Positions 21,648 through 30,993 of a DNA stretch of 64,000 nt are shown here, piece by piece. Numbering within the stretch: the first letter of the stretch is position 1; the number at the start of each line of letters is the position of its first letter. The stretch comes from Gemmatimonadota bacterium. Its GTDB lineage: Bacteria; Gemmatimonadota; Gemmatimonadetes; Gemmatimonadales; GWC2-71-9. The DNA lies in the NCBI GenBank assembly GCA_039591655.1, contig JBDHDE010000002.1:49078-113077 (forward strand). The letters run 5' to 3'. The notes below the pieces were generated by a model. That model was not told where the DNA came from and did no database searches. It was given only the letters and a program-made list of their open reading frames with translations. A program made the position numbers and the translations under genes.

Positions 21648-23291
21648 CTAAGGCTCGGCCACCTCCCCCTGCTTCGCCGCCTCCACCATCGCCGCCACGT
21701 CGGCGAGCAGCCGCCGGGCGTCGTAGATGATGCCGTCCTTGACGGTGTACCTCACCCCACCCACGCGCTCGACCGCACCGGTCTCGTCGTTCAGGCGCTG
21801 CGTGCCGGTGCCGTAGAGCACCTTGAGGTTGTGGATCGGGTTCTCCTCCACCACCACCAGGTCGGCCAGCATGCCGGGGCGGACGATGCCGAACTCGATG
21901 GGCTCTCCCTTGGGCTCGTGGATTGCCTGGGCCCCGTACAGCGTGGCCGACCGGATCACCTCCAGCGGGTGGAAGCCCGCCTCCTGCAGCAGCTCGAGCT
22001 CCCGCACGTAGCCGAACCCGTACAGCTTGTAGATGAACCCGGCGTCGGAACCGGTGGTAACCCGCCCCCCGCGGTTCTTGTACTCGTTCAGGAACGCCAT
22101 CCAGAGCCGGAAGTTCCGCTTCCAGGCGATCTCGTCCTGCGTGGTCCAGTCGAACCAGAAGGAGCCGTGGCTCTCCCGGCTGGGTTGGTAGAAGCTCCAC
22201 AAGTAAGGGAGCGTGTAGGTATCGTGCCACTCCGCCCGGCGGGCGCGCATCACGTCCCTGCTCGCCTCGTAGATCGTCATCGTCGGATCGATTACGAAGC
22301 GCAGGGCGAGAAGCTCGTCCATCACGGCGCTCCACTTCTCGCTTCCCGGGGGGGCCGCCTGTTCCCAGAGCCGGCCTGCCTGCCCGAAGCGGTGGTACTC
22401 GTCGTTGTAGTTGTAGTCGTCGGGGAAGTCCTGCACCGTCCGGTCGTCGAACATCGCCTCAGGAAGCCCGTACCAGTGTTCCATAGTGGTGAGGCCGAGC
22501 CGTGCGGCGTCCAGCACGTTCATCCGGGCCACCCCCATCTGGCCCAGATGGGCGGCCGCTCCCATGCCGCGCTCCCGAGCTTCGTCGATGAGAGCCTCCA
22601 TGATCACCGGCTCGTAGGAGACCAGCTTGAGGCCGTCCACGCCCTCGCCCGCGGCCCAACGCACCCAAGCGCGGGCGGCGTCGGGCGTCCGGACGGGGCC
22701 GTCGTCCCAGCCGGCACCCGGGCGCGCGTACACGAAGATACGTGGCGCCACGATGGCGTTCTCGGCAGAGCGGGCTTGCTCGTGGAGGGTCCACTCGATG
22801 CCGTTGCCAGATCCGGGCTCCCGGATCGCGGTGATCCCGTGCGCCAGCCAGAGCTTGTAGACGTACTCGGCGGGGGCGCCCTGCGAGGCCCCGCCGATAT
22901 GGGCGTGTAGATCCACGAAGCCCGGCAGCAGGTACATCCCGTGGGCATCCAGCTCCCGCGTCGCGTCCTGCGGGCGCCGTTCCTCATCGATGGCGGCGCC
23001 CGGCACACCCACGCTGCGTACCGTGACGATGCGGTTCCCCTCAATGACGATGTCCATGGGGCCGCGGGGCGGGGCCCCGGTGCCGTCCACCACGGTGACA
23101 CCTCGGATGATGAGACGCTCGAACGGCCCGTCACCCTCGCCCGCTGCCCGGTCGGGCCCAGGGGCCACCGACTCCTGTGCCGCCACCGGACCAGCGCTTG
23201 CCACGAGCAGCGCCGCACCCGCCAGAAGTAGCCAGCGTACCGTGTGCATCTTGACCCTTGCTCCCGGCGCCATCGCCAATGCGCGCCTCAT
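21648..23291 (-). CDS. exported amidohydrolase-family protein
   Basis: PGFVDLHAH metal motif, EH, TGSD, ADLVVV; N-terminal signal peptide; start uncertain. Confidence 0.88.
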   Translation of the reverse strand: MRRALAMAPGARVKMHTVRWLLLAGAALLVASAGPVAAQESVAPGPDRAAGEGDGPFERLIIRGVTVVDGTGAPPRGPMDIVIEGNRIVTVRSVGVPGAAIDEERRPQDATRELDAHGMYLLPGFVDLHAHIGGASQGAPAEYVYKLWLAHGITAIREPGSGNGIEWTLHEQARSAENAIVAPRIFVYARPGAGWDDGPVRTPDAARAWVRWAAGEGVDGLKLVSYEPVIMEALIDEARERGMGAAAHLGQMGVARMNVLDAARLGLTTMEHWYGLPEAMFDDRTVQDFPDDYNYNDEYHRFGQAGRLWEQAAPPGSEKWSAVMDELLALRFVIDPTMTIYEASRDVMRARRAEWHDTYTLPYLWSFYQPSRESHGSFWFDWTTQDEIAWKRNFRLWMAFLNEYKNRGGRVTTGSDAGFIYKLYGFGYVRELELLQEAGFHPLEVIRSATLYGAQAIHEPKGEPIEFGIVRPGMLADLVVVEENPIHNLKVLYGTGTQRLNDETGAVERVGGVRYTVKDGIIYDARRLLADVAAMVEAAKQGEVAEP

Positions 23292-23411
23292 GGTCTGCTC
23301 CTTCTTGGTGGCATCAACGAGAACCGCGTGAAAGGACCTCTAACGAAACCGGGATTCGACACGGCCGCAAGTTCGCGGTATACGTACGGGGGGCCGTGAC
23401 CACCCCGCATC

Positions 23412-24218
23412 ATGACCGGCGATCTGACTATTCGAGACCTGTCCACCCCGGGCGACTACGAGCAGTGCGTCGCGCTGCAGCGCGACACCTGGGGCGACGA
23501 TTTCCGGGAGCTGGCTCCTCCGGCGCTGCTCCAGATCGCGCAGAAGGTCGGTGGCCTGGCGGTCGGCGCGTTTGACGCCGCAGGGAGCCTAGTGGGTTTC
23601 ATCTTCGGGCTCACGGGGGTGCGTGAGGGACAGCTCACGCACTGGTCACACATGCTCGCCGTGCGGGAGGACGCCAGGGACCAGGGACTGGGCCGGCAAC
23701 TCAAGATGCACCAACGCGAGCGCCTCCGAACGCTGGGCGTGCGCCGCATCCAGTGGTCATACGACCCGCTGGTGGCCCGGAACGCGAACCTCAACCTCAA
23801 CGGGTTGCGCGTTAGCGTCCTCCAATACGTGCGCGACATGTACGGCGAGAATCCCCTGAGCAAGACCGACAGCGTGATCGGCACGGACCGGCTCGTCGTG
23901 GAGTGGATCATCGCGGCACCACAGGCGCCGCCGGTGCCGGCGCCGGTTCCGTCCGTGGCCACTCCCGTGGTGTCGCCAGGCACCCAGGGAGAGGACCCTG
24001 CCCTGCCCGATGCGGCGGAGGTTCTCGTCGAGATCCCATGGGACATCCAGGCGCTCAAGCGCAGCGACCCAGACGCGGCGGTGGCGTGGCGCACCAGTAC
24101 CAGGAGAGCCCTGGAGCACTACCTCGGGCGCGGATACCACATCGCGGGGTTCAGTCGTGAGCCCGACGCGTCACGCTGCTACTACGTGATCCGTGGACGG
24201 GGATCCGGCGATGACTGA
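23412..24218 (+). CDS. GNAT family acyltransferase (putative D-amino-acid N-succinyltransferase)
   Basis: HWSHMLAV...QGLG..LK..QR, WSYDPL..RNA..N motifs; overlaps the NSAR/OSBS gene. Confidence 0.8.
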   Translation: MTGDLTIRDLSTPGDYEQCVALQRDTWGDDFRELAPPALLQIAQKVGGLAVGAFDAAGSLVGFIFGLTGVREGQLTHWSHMLAVREDARDQGLGRQLKMHQRERLRTLGVRRIQWSYDPLVARNANLNLNGLRVSVLQYVRDMYGENPLSKTDSVIGTDRLVVEWIIAAPQAPPVPAPVPSVATPVVSPGTQGEDPALPDAAEVLVEIPWDIQALKRSDPDAAVAWRTSTRRALEHYLGRGYHIAGFSREPDASRCYYVIRGRGSGDD

Positions 24219-25344
24219 GCTCAGCCGGCTCACGCTGCGCGAGATTCGTCTCGCCCTACGGGAGCCCTTTCGGATCTCCTCCGGCACGAGCCAGGATCGG
24301 CGTATTCTGCTGGTGGAGCTGTACGACGTTGACGGCGTCACGGGCTGGGGGGAGTGCGTGGCAGGCGAGACCCCCCACTACTCCCCCGAGACCGTGGACA
24401 CGGCCTGGCTCGCCATACAGCGGTGGATCGCTCCACTGGCGTTGGATCGGGCCTTCGACGAGCCCGCGGAGCTGTACCGCACGCTGGCCACCTCGATTCG
24501 GGGACACCACATGGCCCGGGCCGCCGTCGAGATGGCAGCCTGGGACCTCACCGCGCGGAGGCAGGGGCTCTCCTTGGCCGAGCTCCTCGGCGGTACCCGG
24601 GAGCGGGTCGCCACAGGCATCTCCCTCGGAATCCAGCCCGATCCCGCCCGACTGGCGGAGCAGGCGCACGCGGCCGTGCAGGAGGGCTACCGCCGCATCA
24701 AGCTCAAGATCGCACCGGGCCTCGACCTGCCGTACGTGGAAGCGGTGCGAGCGGCGCTGCGCCCGGATACTCCCCTCAGCGTGGACGCCAACGGCGCCTA
24801 CACCCCGGACGATACCGGGATCCTCCAACGCCTCGACGCGTTCGGGCTGGTGATGCTGGAGCAGCCCCTGGCCCCCGGCGACCTGGTGAGGCACGCGGCC
24901 CTGCAGCGCGCACTGTCCACGCCCATCTGTTTGGACGAGTCCATCACCGACCCGGATCGGGCGTCGGACATGGTGTCGCTGGGCAGCGGCAAGGTGATCA
25001 ACATCAAGCCGGGTCGCGTGGGCGGGTTCACGGCAGCACGGGAGATCCACGACCTGGCGGCGGCGCACGGCATTCCCGTCTGGTGCGGCGGGATGCTCGA
25101 GAGCGGAGTGGGTCGGGCCCACAACGTCGCCCTCGCTTCCCTGCCCAACTTCGAGCTGGCAGGGGACCTCAGCCCCAGCCGTCGCTATTGGGACCGGGAC
25201 ATCGTTGTGCCGGAGTGGGAGATGGAAGACGGCATGATCACGGTCCCGTCCCAGGAGCCTGGCATGGGCGTCGAGGTCGACGTCGATTTCCTCGCGCACT
25301 GCACCGAGCGCTCAGAGACGATGTCCGCCGGGAGCGCACCGTGA
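24211..25344 (+). CDS. menC: o-succinylbenzoate synthase / N-succinylamino acid racemase (enolase superfamily)
   Basis: KLK, VDANG, EQP, LDES, NIKPGRVGG, WCGGMLESG, GDLSPS. Confidence 0.9.
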   Translation: MTELSRLTLREIRLALREPFRISSGTSQDRRILLVELYDVDGVTGWGECVAGETPHYSPETVDTAWLAIQRWIAPLALDRAFDEPAELYRTLATSIRGHHMARAAVEMAAWDLTARRQGLSLAELLGGTRERVATGISLGIQPDPARLAEQAHAAVQEGYRRIKLKIAPGLDLPYVEAVRAALRPDTPLSVDANGAYTPDDTGILQRLDAFGLVMLEQPLAPGDLVRHAALQRALSTPICLDESITDPDRASDMVSLGSGKVINIKPGRVGGFTAAREIHDLAAAHGIPVWCGGMLESGVGRAHNVALASLPNFELAGDLSPSRRYWDRDIVVPEWEMEDGMITVPSQEPGMGVEVDVDFLAHCTERSETMSAGSAP

Positions 25345-26513
25345 TCCCGATGGTCGACCGGGAGCTGTTTCAGCGCCTGGTGGCACTGCGCCGGGATCTC
25401 CACCGTCACCCCGAGCTCTCCTGGCACGAGACGCGCACGGCGGAGCAGGTGTGTCGTGTCCTCGACCGGCTGGGGATCGAATACCGGCGCGGGGTCGCGG
25501 AGACGGGGGTGGTCGCCGATCTCCCCGGCCCGCCCGACGTTCCCGCAGTCGCGCTGCGCGCCGACATGGACGCGCTGCCCATCGAGGAAGAGACCGGCCT
25601 GAAGTACGCCTCGGTCCACGTCGGCGTCATGCACGCCTGCGGGCACGACGGCCACACCAGCATGCTGCTGGGCGCCGCCGAGCTCCTCAAGCGCGAGAGC
25701 ACGTTGCCCTGCCCCGTGCGGCTCCTGTTCCAGCCGGCGGAGGAGACGGGATCGGGCGCCCGGGCGATGATCGAGGACGGCGCCCTCGACGGGGTCGGGA
25801 TGATCTTCGGCGGACACCTCGACGCGGCTTACGCCCCAGGCGAGATCGTCGTGGATCCGACGGCCGTCAACGCGTCCACCGATGAGTTCGTGATTCAGCT
25901 CTCAGGCCCGGGCGGTCACGCCGCTCGCCCGCACGAGACCGTGGACCCCATCGTTGCAGGGAGCCTGATCGTTGCGGCCCTGCAGACCATCGTGGCCCGA
26001 TCGGTGCAGCCCAACCAGGTCGCCGTGGTCACCGTGGGACGCTTCGAGGCCGGCACGGCCGCCAACGTCATCGCTACCCAGGCGCGGCTCACCGGGACGC
26101 TGCGAGCGCTCGATGCCGCGGTCCGCACCCGGCTGGTCACGGCCGTACGCCAGGTAGCCGAGTCCACCGCGGCGGCGCAGGACGTCGAGGTCGAGGTCAA
26201 CTTCACGGAGGGGACGCCGGCCGTGGTGAATGCGCCGGAGCCCACCGCGCTCGCCAGAGAGACCGCGGCAATCGTGGTCGGTGACGAGCGCGTGCTGCCG
26301 CTGCGTACACCGAACCTCGGGGGAGAGGACTTCGGCTTCTTCCTCCAGCACGTGCCCGGGTGCTACGTGCGGTTCGGCGCCCAGCCTTCCGGAGAGACCA
26401 CTTTCCCCGCTCACTCCAGCCGCTTCGGCTTCGACGAGCAGGCCCTGGCAGTGGGAGCCGGCTACTTCTATCAGGTCGCTCTCGTTGCAGGCCGGAGGCT
26501 CAGGGAGGCATGA
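25341..26513 (+). CDS. M20 family amidohydrolase
   Basis: RRDLHRHPELS, RADMDALP, MHACGHDGH, FQPAEE, GGEDF; GTGA overlap with the upstream stop. Confidence 0.92.
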   Translation: MIPMVDRELFQRLVALRRDLHRHPELSWHETRTAEQVCRVLDRLGIEYRRGVAETGVVADLPGPPDVPAVALRADMDALPIEEETGLKYASVHVGVMHACGHDGHTSMLLGAAELLKRESTLPCPVRLLFQPAEETGSGARAMIEDGALDGVGMIFGGHLDAAYAPGEIVVDPTAVNASTDEFVIQLSGPGGHAARPHETVDPIVAGSLIVAALQTIVARSVQPNQVAVVTVGRFEAGTAANVIATQARLTGTLRALDAAVRTRLVTAVRQVAESTAAAQDVEVEVNFTEGTPAVVNAPEPTALARETAAIVVGDERVLPLRTPNLGGEDFGFFLQHVPGCYVRFGAQPSGETTFPAHSSRFGFDEQALAVGAGYFYQVALVAGRRLREA

Positions 26514-26529
26514 TGCGTCAGTACGCGCC

Positions 26530-26802
26530 CTACGCGTCCTCAGCCGCTGTTACCGGGGCACTCTCCTCCCGCCGCTGGTAGGCCCGCTGCATCCGCCGTA
26601 CCAAGACGATCCACACCAGCAGCCCTGCCGTGCCACCCAGCACGGCCCCACCGACCATCCAGAAGAGACCGTTGTCATCGGAGCGCAGACTCGGCACGAG
26701 GGCGCCCACCCAGCCGCCAAAAAACGAAGCCGCCCACACCACCACGGGCGTGAGCAGCCAGCCGGCGATGTAGGCGAGCCGGCGCGGGGAACGGCGGTTC
26801 AC
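26530..26802 (-). CDS. small 2-TM hypothetical membrane protein
   Basis: GTG start overlaps the upstream TGA; YIAGWLLTPVVVWAASFFGGW. Confidence 0.6.
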   Translation of the reverse strand: MNRRSPRRLAYIAGWLLTPVVVWAASFFGGWVGALVPSLRSDDNGLFWMVGGAVLGGTAGLLVWIVLVRRMQRAYQRREESAPVTAAEDA

Positions 26803-27413
26803 CGCCGCGCCAGTACCGCAGCCAGGGGCACGTGCAGCACCAGCGCCACCCCGTAGGCGAGCGCCACCACGGCGGCGTGGAACGGCGCCGGGGTCGCCAA
26901 CACGAGGAGGGCCGTCACCATCAGCGCGATACCCACGGTGCCGGGCACAGTCTTCAGGAGCGCACTCTCTCGAGCACCGGCGGAGAGCGCCTCGATCCAG
27001 CCGCCCAGCCAGGCCAGCAGCGCCGCCAGGATCCACCACACCGGGATGTACCAGAAGCCACTTCCTCCCCCGATCTGATCCCAGGTCCAGTGATACAGTG
27101 CCAGCGGCCTGAGCAGGACGATGTCGAGCACAGTGAAAGCCAGGGCACCGAGCAGTCCAACCAGCGCCGCCCAGGCAATGGCGTCGGTGCTGCGGGGACG
27201 CACCCACAGCGCCGGCAGGAAGCTGCACAGCGCCGCCCCCACCAGTACCAGCAGCGACTGCACCACCGTCTCGGCTAGCCCCGTCATCACCCGAGACAGG
27301 AGCGCGAAGGCGGTCACGCCGACCGCCATGAGAATCCCGAGCTTGATGCCCCCGCCGACGATGGTGCGGACGTCGGTCCGCTCCATTCCGGCGGTCTGGG
27401 CCACTGATGTCAT
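26799..27413 (-). CDS. hypothetical multi-pass membrane protein
   Basis: About 6 hydrophobic segments; WTWDQIGGGSGFWYIPVWW loop. Confidence 0.7.
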   Translation of the reverse strand: MTSVAQTAGMERTDVRTIVGGGIKLGILMAVGVTAFALLSRVMTGLAETVVQSLLVLVGAALCSFLPALWVRPRSTDAIAWAALVGLLGALAFTVLDIVLLRPLALYHWTWDQIGGGSGFWYIPVWWILAALLAWLGGWIEALSAGARESALLKTVPGTVGIALMVTALLVLATPAPFHAAVVALAYGVALVLHVPLAAVLARR

Positions 27414-27482
27414 GGGCGCGTCTTTCTCATTCGGGTGCTGAGCCGCATCAAGTTTACCCGCCCGGTCGCGGCCACACCACCG

Positions 27483-27716
27483 CTAGCCGTCGGTGCGCGG
27501 GCCACCGCGCATGGCCCCCACGCTGGAAAGGGTAGACACCAGGTACGGAACCAAGAGCGTGAGCCCCATCTTGAGCACCGCGCTGCGATCGACCGTGCCC
27601 GCCACGATGGCGTCACCCTGATTGATGGCTATCAGGATCGGTCCCACGATCACGGCGTAGACCAGCCCGCGGCGGACGACCTCGGGTCGTAGGGCCGTCC
27701 TAAGCCAGTCTCTCAC
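27483..27716 (-). CDS. nrtS: NrtS-like small nitrate/nitrite transporter family protein
   Basis: VG.IL..INQGD...LT..VPY.VST motif; abuts coaX. Confidence 0.7.
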   Translation of the reverse strand: MRDWLRTALRPEVVRRGLVYAVIVGPILIAINQGDAIVAGTVDRSAVLKMGLTLLVPYLVSTLSSVGAMRGGPRTDG

Positions 27717-28496
27717 TCACCACTCCAGCCCCAGTCGTGACGCGGCCACCTTGAGCCCGAGTAGCGTGAGATGCGGCTCTACGGCTTCGATCTCCTGACA
27801 GAGGGGCGCCACCATATCGGCGAGGCCGCCCGTGGCCACGACATAGGGGGAATCCGCGCCGGGCCACTCGGCCTTGATGCGCCGCACTATCCCATCCACC
27901 GCATCGGCGGTCCCGAGCAGCACACCTGCACGGATGCACTCCTCGGTGCGGCGACCGATCACCCGCTCCGGAGGCACCAGTTCAGTGGCCGGGAGCTTCG
28001 CCGCCCGAAGCGCCAGATCCTCGGCCGCCGTCCTCATGCCAGGGGCGATAACGCCTCCCAAGAACGTCCCGTCCCCGGTGATGCAGTCGAACGTGGTCGC
28101 CGTGCCGAAGTCCACCACCACGGTGTCCCGTCCATAGAGCGCGGCGGCCGCGACGGTATTCACCACCCGGTCCGCCCCGACCGAGTGTGGCTCCTCCACG
28201 TCCAGCTTGATCTCCAGCGGCGACTCCGGTCCCACCTGCACCGGGCTGAACCCCATGGCGAGCTCGATGCCCTCCGCCAGCCTCTCGGTCACGCCCGGGG
28301 CGACCGAAGCCTCCACTGCTGCCCGCACCTCATGCGGCGAGTGTCCGGCGTGGTTGAGGAACGACATCAGCATGGCGGCCCACTCATCGGGCGTGCGGTC
28401 CGTCACGGTCGTGAGCCGCCAATGGGCGAGGAGCCGGTCGCCTGCGAACAGCCCCAGCGTTATCTCGGTGTTTCCGACGTCGGCGGTGAGTAGCAT
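27717..28496 (-). CDS. coaX: type III pantothenate kinase
   Basis: DVGNT, VGADR, VDFGTATTFD, GGVIAPG, ATGG. Confidence 0.95.
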   Translation of the reverse strand: MLLTADVGNTEITLGLFAGDRLLAHWRLTTVTDRTPDEWAAMLMSFLNHAGHSPHEVRAAVEASVAPGVTERLAEGIELAMGFSPVQVGPESPLEIKLDVEEPHSVGADRVVNTVAAAALYGRDTVVVDFGTATTFDCITGDGTFLGGVIAPGMRTAAEDLALRAAKLPATELVPPERVIGRRTEECIRAGVLLGTADAVDGIVRRIKAEWPGADSPYVVATGGLADMVAPLCQEIEAVEPHLTLLGLKVAASRLGLEW

Positions 28497-28506
28497 GATC
28501 CGGTAA

Positions 28507-29481
28507 TCAGCGGATGCCGCGCAGCACGCCCTTCTGCCGGACGACGAGGACGGCAAAGGTGAGCACCGCCACGAGATGCGCGACGCCGAACTCCCAACCT
28601 CCGGCGCCTGCCGGTGCGGACTCGGTCGCCGCCGCCGCGTAGCGGATCGCGTCGGACCCTGCGAGAACCAGCGCGTAATAGAGACCGGAGACCAGGAGGG
28701 AGCCCGAGAGCACGTACAGGCAGCCCGCACCCATGGCACTCAGACCGGCCAGCCACCAGGGCGCCACGAACATCTGCGACCCGGCTCCCACCAGCATCCA
28801 CCAGAGGGTGGCCACGGCGGCCGCGCCTGCGATGAGCATCAGCCCTGCCCGGTCGGGATGCCCTATCAGCAGGCGTCGAAACGCCAGCTCGGTAGTGACC
28901 AGCGCCGCCGCGGCACCCAGCGCCGTGAGGAACGCCAGCGTGCCCAGCGCCGTGCCCTGGCAAACCGGCGCATCCGGCAAGCCCCCCGTGCTCACGAGAC
29001 ACACGGCGTCACTGCCACCCCGCAAGATCAGGCCGACCAGTGCCAACCCCCAGGGCACCAGCCCGGCGCCCACCGCGGCGCCGAACCATGGGAGGTACTT
29101 ACGCTGCTGAACGAACGCCCACGTGAACCCCCACGCCGCCACGCCGACGACCACCACGAGGGCCACACCGGGCTCGAGCCAGGCCACCAAGCCGGACGAA
29201 AGGGCCGGCCGCCCCACCACTATCAGCAGACCGAACACGAGGGCAACCGCCACCACCGTTCCGGCGGAGAAGCGGGAGCGCCAAGGACCGTTGGGCCAGA
29301 TGCTGATCGGGAGATGCATCCCCCGCAGGATGAACGCAGCCACGACCCCGACGCTGAGAGGCGCGACGGCATCACCGACGAGCCCGCGCAGCGTCTCGGT
29401 CTCGAGCATCCACCACGAGGCGAAGAGGAAGAGCACCGCCGCAGCGCCCCGCGCCCACAGCGGCAGATCACGCTGTAGCAA
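28507..29481 (-). CDS. multi-pass membrane protein, degenerate CPBP/Abi-like C-terminal half
   Basis: About 9-10 TM segments; TELAFRR and LY..SGSL motifs resemble CPBP; overlaps the birA stop. Confidence 0.6.
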   Translation of the reverse strand: MLQRDLPLWARGAAAVLFLFASWWMLETETLRGLVGDAVAPLSVGVVAAFILRGMHLPISIWPNGPWRSRFSAGTVVAVALVFGLLIVVGRPALSSGLVAWLEPGVALVVVVGVAAWGFTWAFVQQRKYLPWFGAAVGAGLVPWGLALVGLILRGGSDAVCLVSTGGLPDAPVCQGTALGTLAFLTALGAAAALVTTELAFRRLLIGHPDRAGLMLIAGAAAVATLWWMLVGAGSQMFVAPWWLAGLSAMGAGCLYVLSGSLLVSGLYYALVLAGSDAIRYAAAATESAPAGAGGWEFGVAHLVAVLTFAVLVVRQKGVLRGIR

Positions 29482-30208
29482 CGCTGCCCCCTACGATCCG
29501 TTCCACACCGTCCTCCGTTTCCACCAGCAGCGCCCCATCCGGCCCGACGCCCGACGCTCGGCCCTCGACGGGGCTACTCAGCCACCGCCCCCGCAACCAA
29601 TCGCAATGCCGGAACGCATCCTGCTCGACGGCATCCAGCTGCGCAGCATCGGGCATCGCGTGGAGCCTCGGGACGAGCCGCTGGAGCACGTCCAACCGTG
29701 CGGTTCCCGCCCGCACGTCATCCAGTGCGACGGCACTCGTGCTCACTTCCGGGGGAACCCGGCCGTGCACGTTGAGGCCGATTCCCACCGCTACCCACCT
29801 CGGTCTCCCCTGAGCCCAGCGGGCCTCGCAGAGAATGCCTCCCAGCTTGCGATCCCGCACCACGACATCGTTGGGCCACTTGAGCCCGGCCTCGACACCG
29901 AGCTCGCCTAATGATTGCACCACCGCTAGCCCGGCGCGCAATGCCACCAACCCGCTCTCCGCCGCCACCCGCGGTCTGGCCAGGTAGGCCAGCAGAATGC
30001 CGCTGCCCCGCTGGCTCTGCCAGCGGCGGCCATGTCGTCCCCGACCTTCCGCCTGCTCGTCCGCCAACACGACGGTGCCGGCCGGCGCTCCCTGTTCGGC
30101 GATCTCGTGAACCACGTCCAGGGTGCTAGCGACGCGGTCGAAGCACAGGCATCGCGGCGCGTCGAGGCGGATCGCCAGCTCCTCCGGCTCCAGCCCGTCG
30201 TAGCGCAT
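29468..30208 (-). CDS. birA: biotin-protein ligase (no N-terminal HTH)
   Basis: EQAEGRGRHGRRW, LKWPND, KLGGIL, GIGLNV; TGATG coupling to uppP. Confidence 0.92.
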   Translation of the reverse strand: MRYDGLEPEELAIRLDAPRCLCFDRVASTLDVVHEIAEQGAPAGTVVLADEQAEGRGRHGRRWQSQRGSGILLAYLARPRVAAESGLVALRAGLAVVQSLGELGVEAGLKWPNDVVVRDRKLGGILCEARWAQGRPRWVAVGIGLNVHGRVPPEVSTSAVALDDVRAGTARLDVLQRLVPRLHAMPDAAQLDAVEQDAFRHCDWLRGRWLSSPVEGRASGVGPDGALLVETEDGVERIVGGSVATA

Positions 30209-30993
30209 CACCCGACCAAGGCCCAGACGATCGTGCCACCGCCTATCGCCCAACAGTATGGTGCGAAGCGATGGAAGGCACCCCGGCGCAGCAGTACTAT
30301 GAGAATCCGGATGGCCCACACGCCGGACACCAACGCGACCAGAAAACTCACCGCCAACGGGCCCACCGCCACCGGGGCACCATTGCCCGACAGATGCCCT
30401 ACCTGAAGCGCCGCCGCACCCACAATGGCCGGGATGGCCAGCAAGAAGGAGAACTCCGCGGCACGCACCGGGTCCGTCCCGTGCCACAGGCCGGCGGCCA
30501 CCGTGGCCCCCGAGCGCGAGATACCCGGCAGGATAGCAGCCGCCTGCGCCACCCCTATGCCCAGCGCGCCCGCTGCAGTAGGGGCCGTTCGCCCTTGCTG
30601 CGCGATTACCCACCGTGTGCTCCACAGGATAAGCCCGGTCACCACGAAGTCCACCCCCACGACGAGCAGCGAGTCGAAAGCGCGCTCGAACACATCGGCC
30701 AGCACGAAGCCCACGATCCCGGCGGGAACGGAGGCGAGAGCCAGGAGTCCGATGTAGCGCCACGCCGTTGCCCGCCCCCCCACGGCGTCGCGGATGAGCC
30801 CCCAGATGCGCTGGGCGTACACCAGGACGACTGCGAGCAGCGTCGCGACGTGGAGCGCCACCTCCACCACTACGCCCGGCGTGGACAGGCCGATCGCCGC
30901 CTCAGCGACGACGAGGTGGCCCGAGCTCGAGATGGGAAGGAACTCGGTGAGACCCTGCACCAGCCCCAGGAGCAACCCCTGCCAGTAAGTCAC
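30208..30993 (-). CDS. uppP: undecaprenyl-diphosphate phosphatase
   Basis: QGLTEFLPISSSGH, PGISRSGAT, AEFSFLLAIP. Confidence 0.95.
   Translation of the reverse strand: MTYWQGLLLGLVQGLTEFLPISSSGHLVVAEAAIGLSTPGVVVEVALHVATLLAVVLVYAQRIWGLIRDAVGGRATAWRYIGLLALASVPAGIVGFVLADVFERAFDSLLVVGVDFVVTGLILWSTRWVIAQQGRTAPTAAGALGIGVAQAAAILPGISRSGATVAAGLWHGTDPVRAAEFSFLLAIPAIVGAAALQVGHLSGNGAPVAVGPLAVSFLVALVSGVWAIRILIVLLRRGAFHRFAPYCWAIGGGTIVWALVG

Noticed and set aside
24354..25340. 719-aa ORF suggesting an N-terminally extended M20 peptidase
   Set aside because: The extension is an off-frame overlap of the NSAR gene; the true start is at 25341 or 25350
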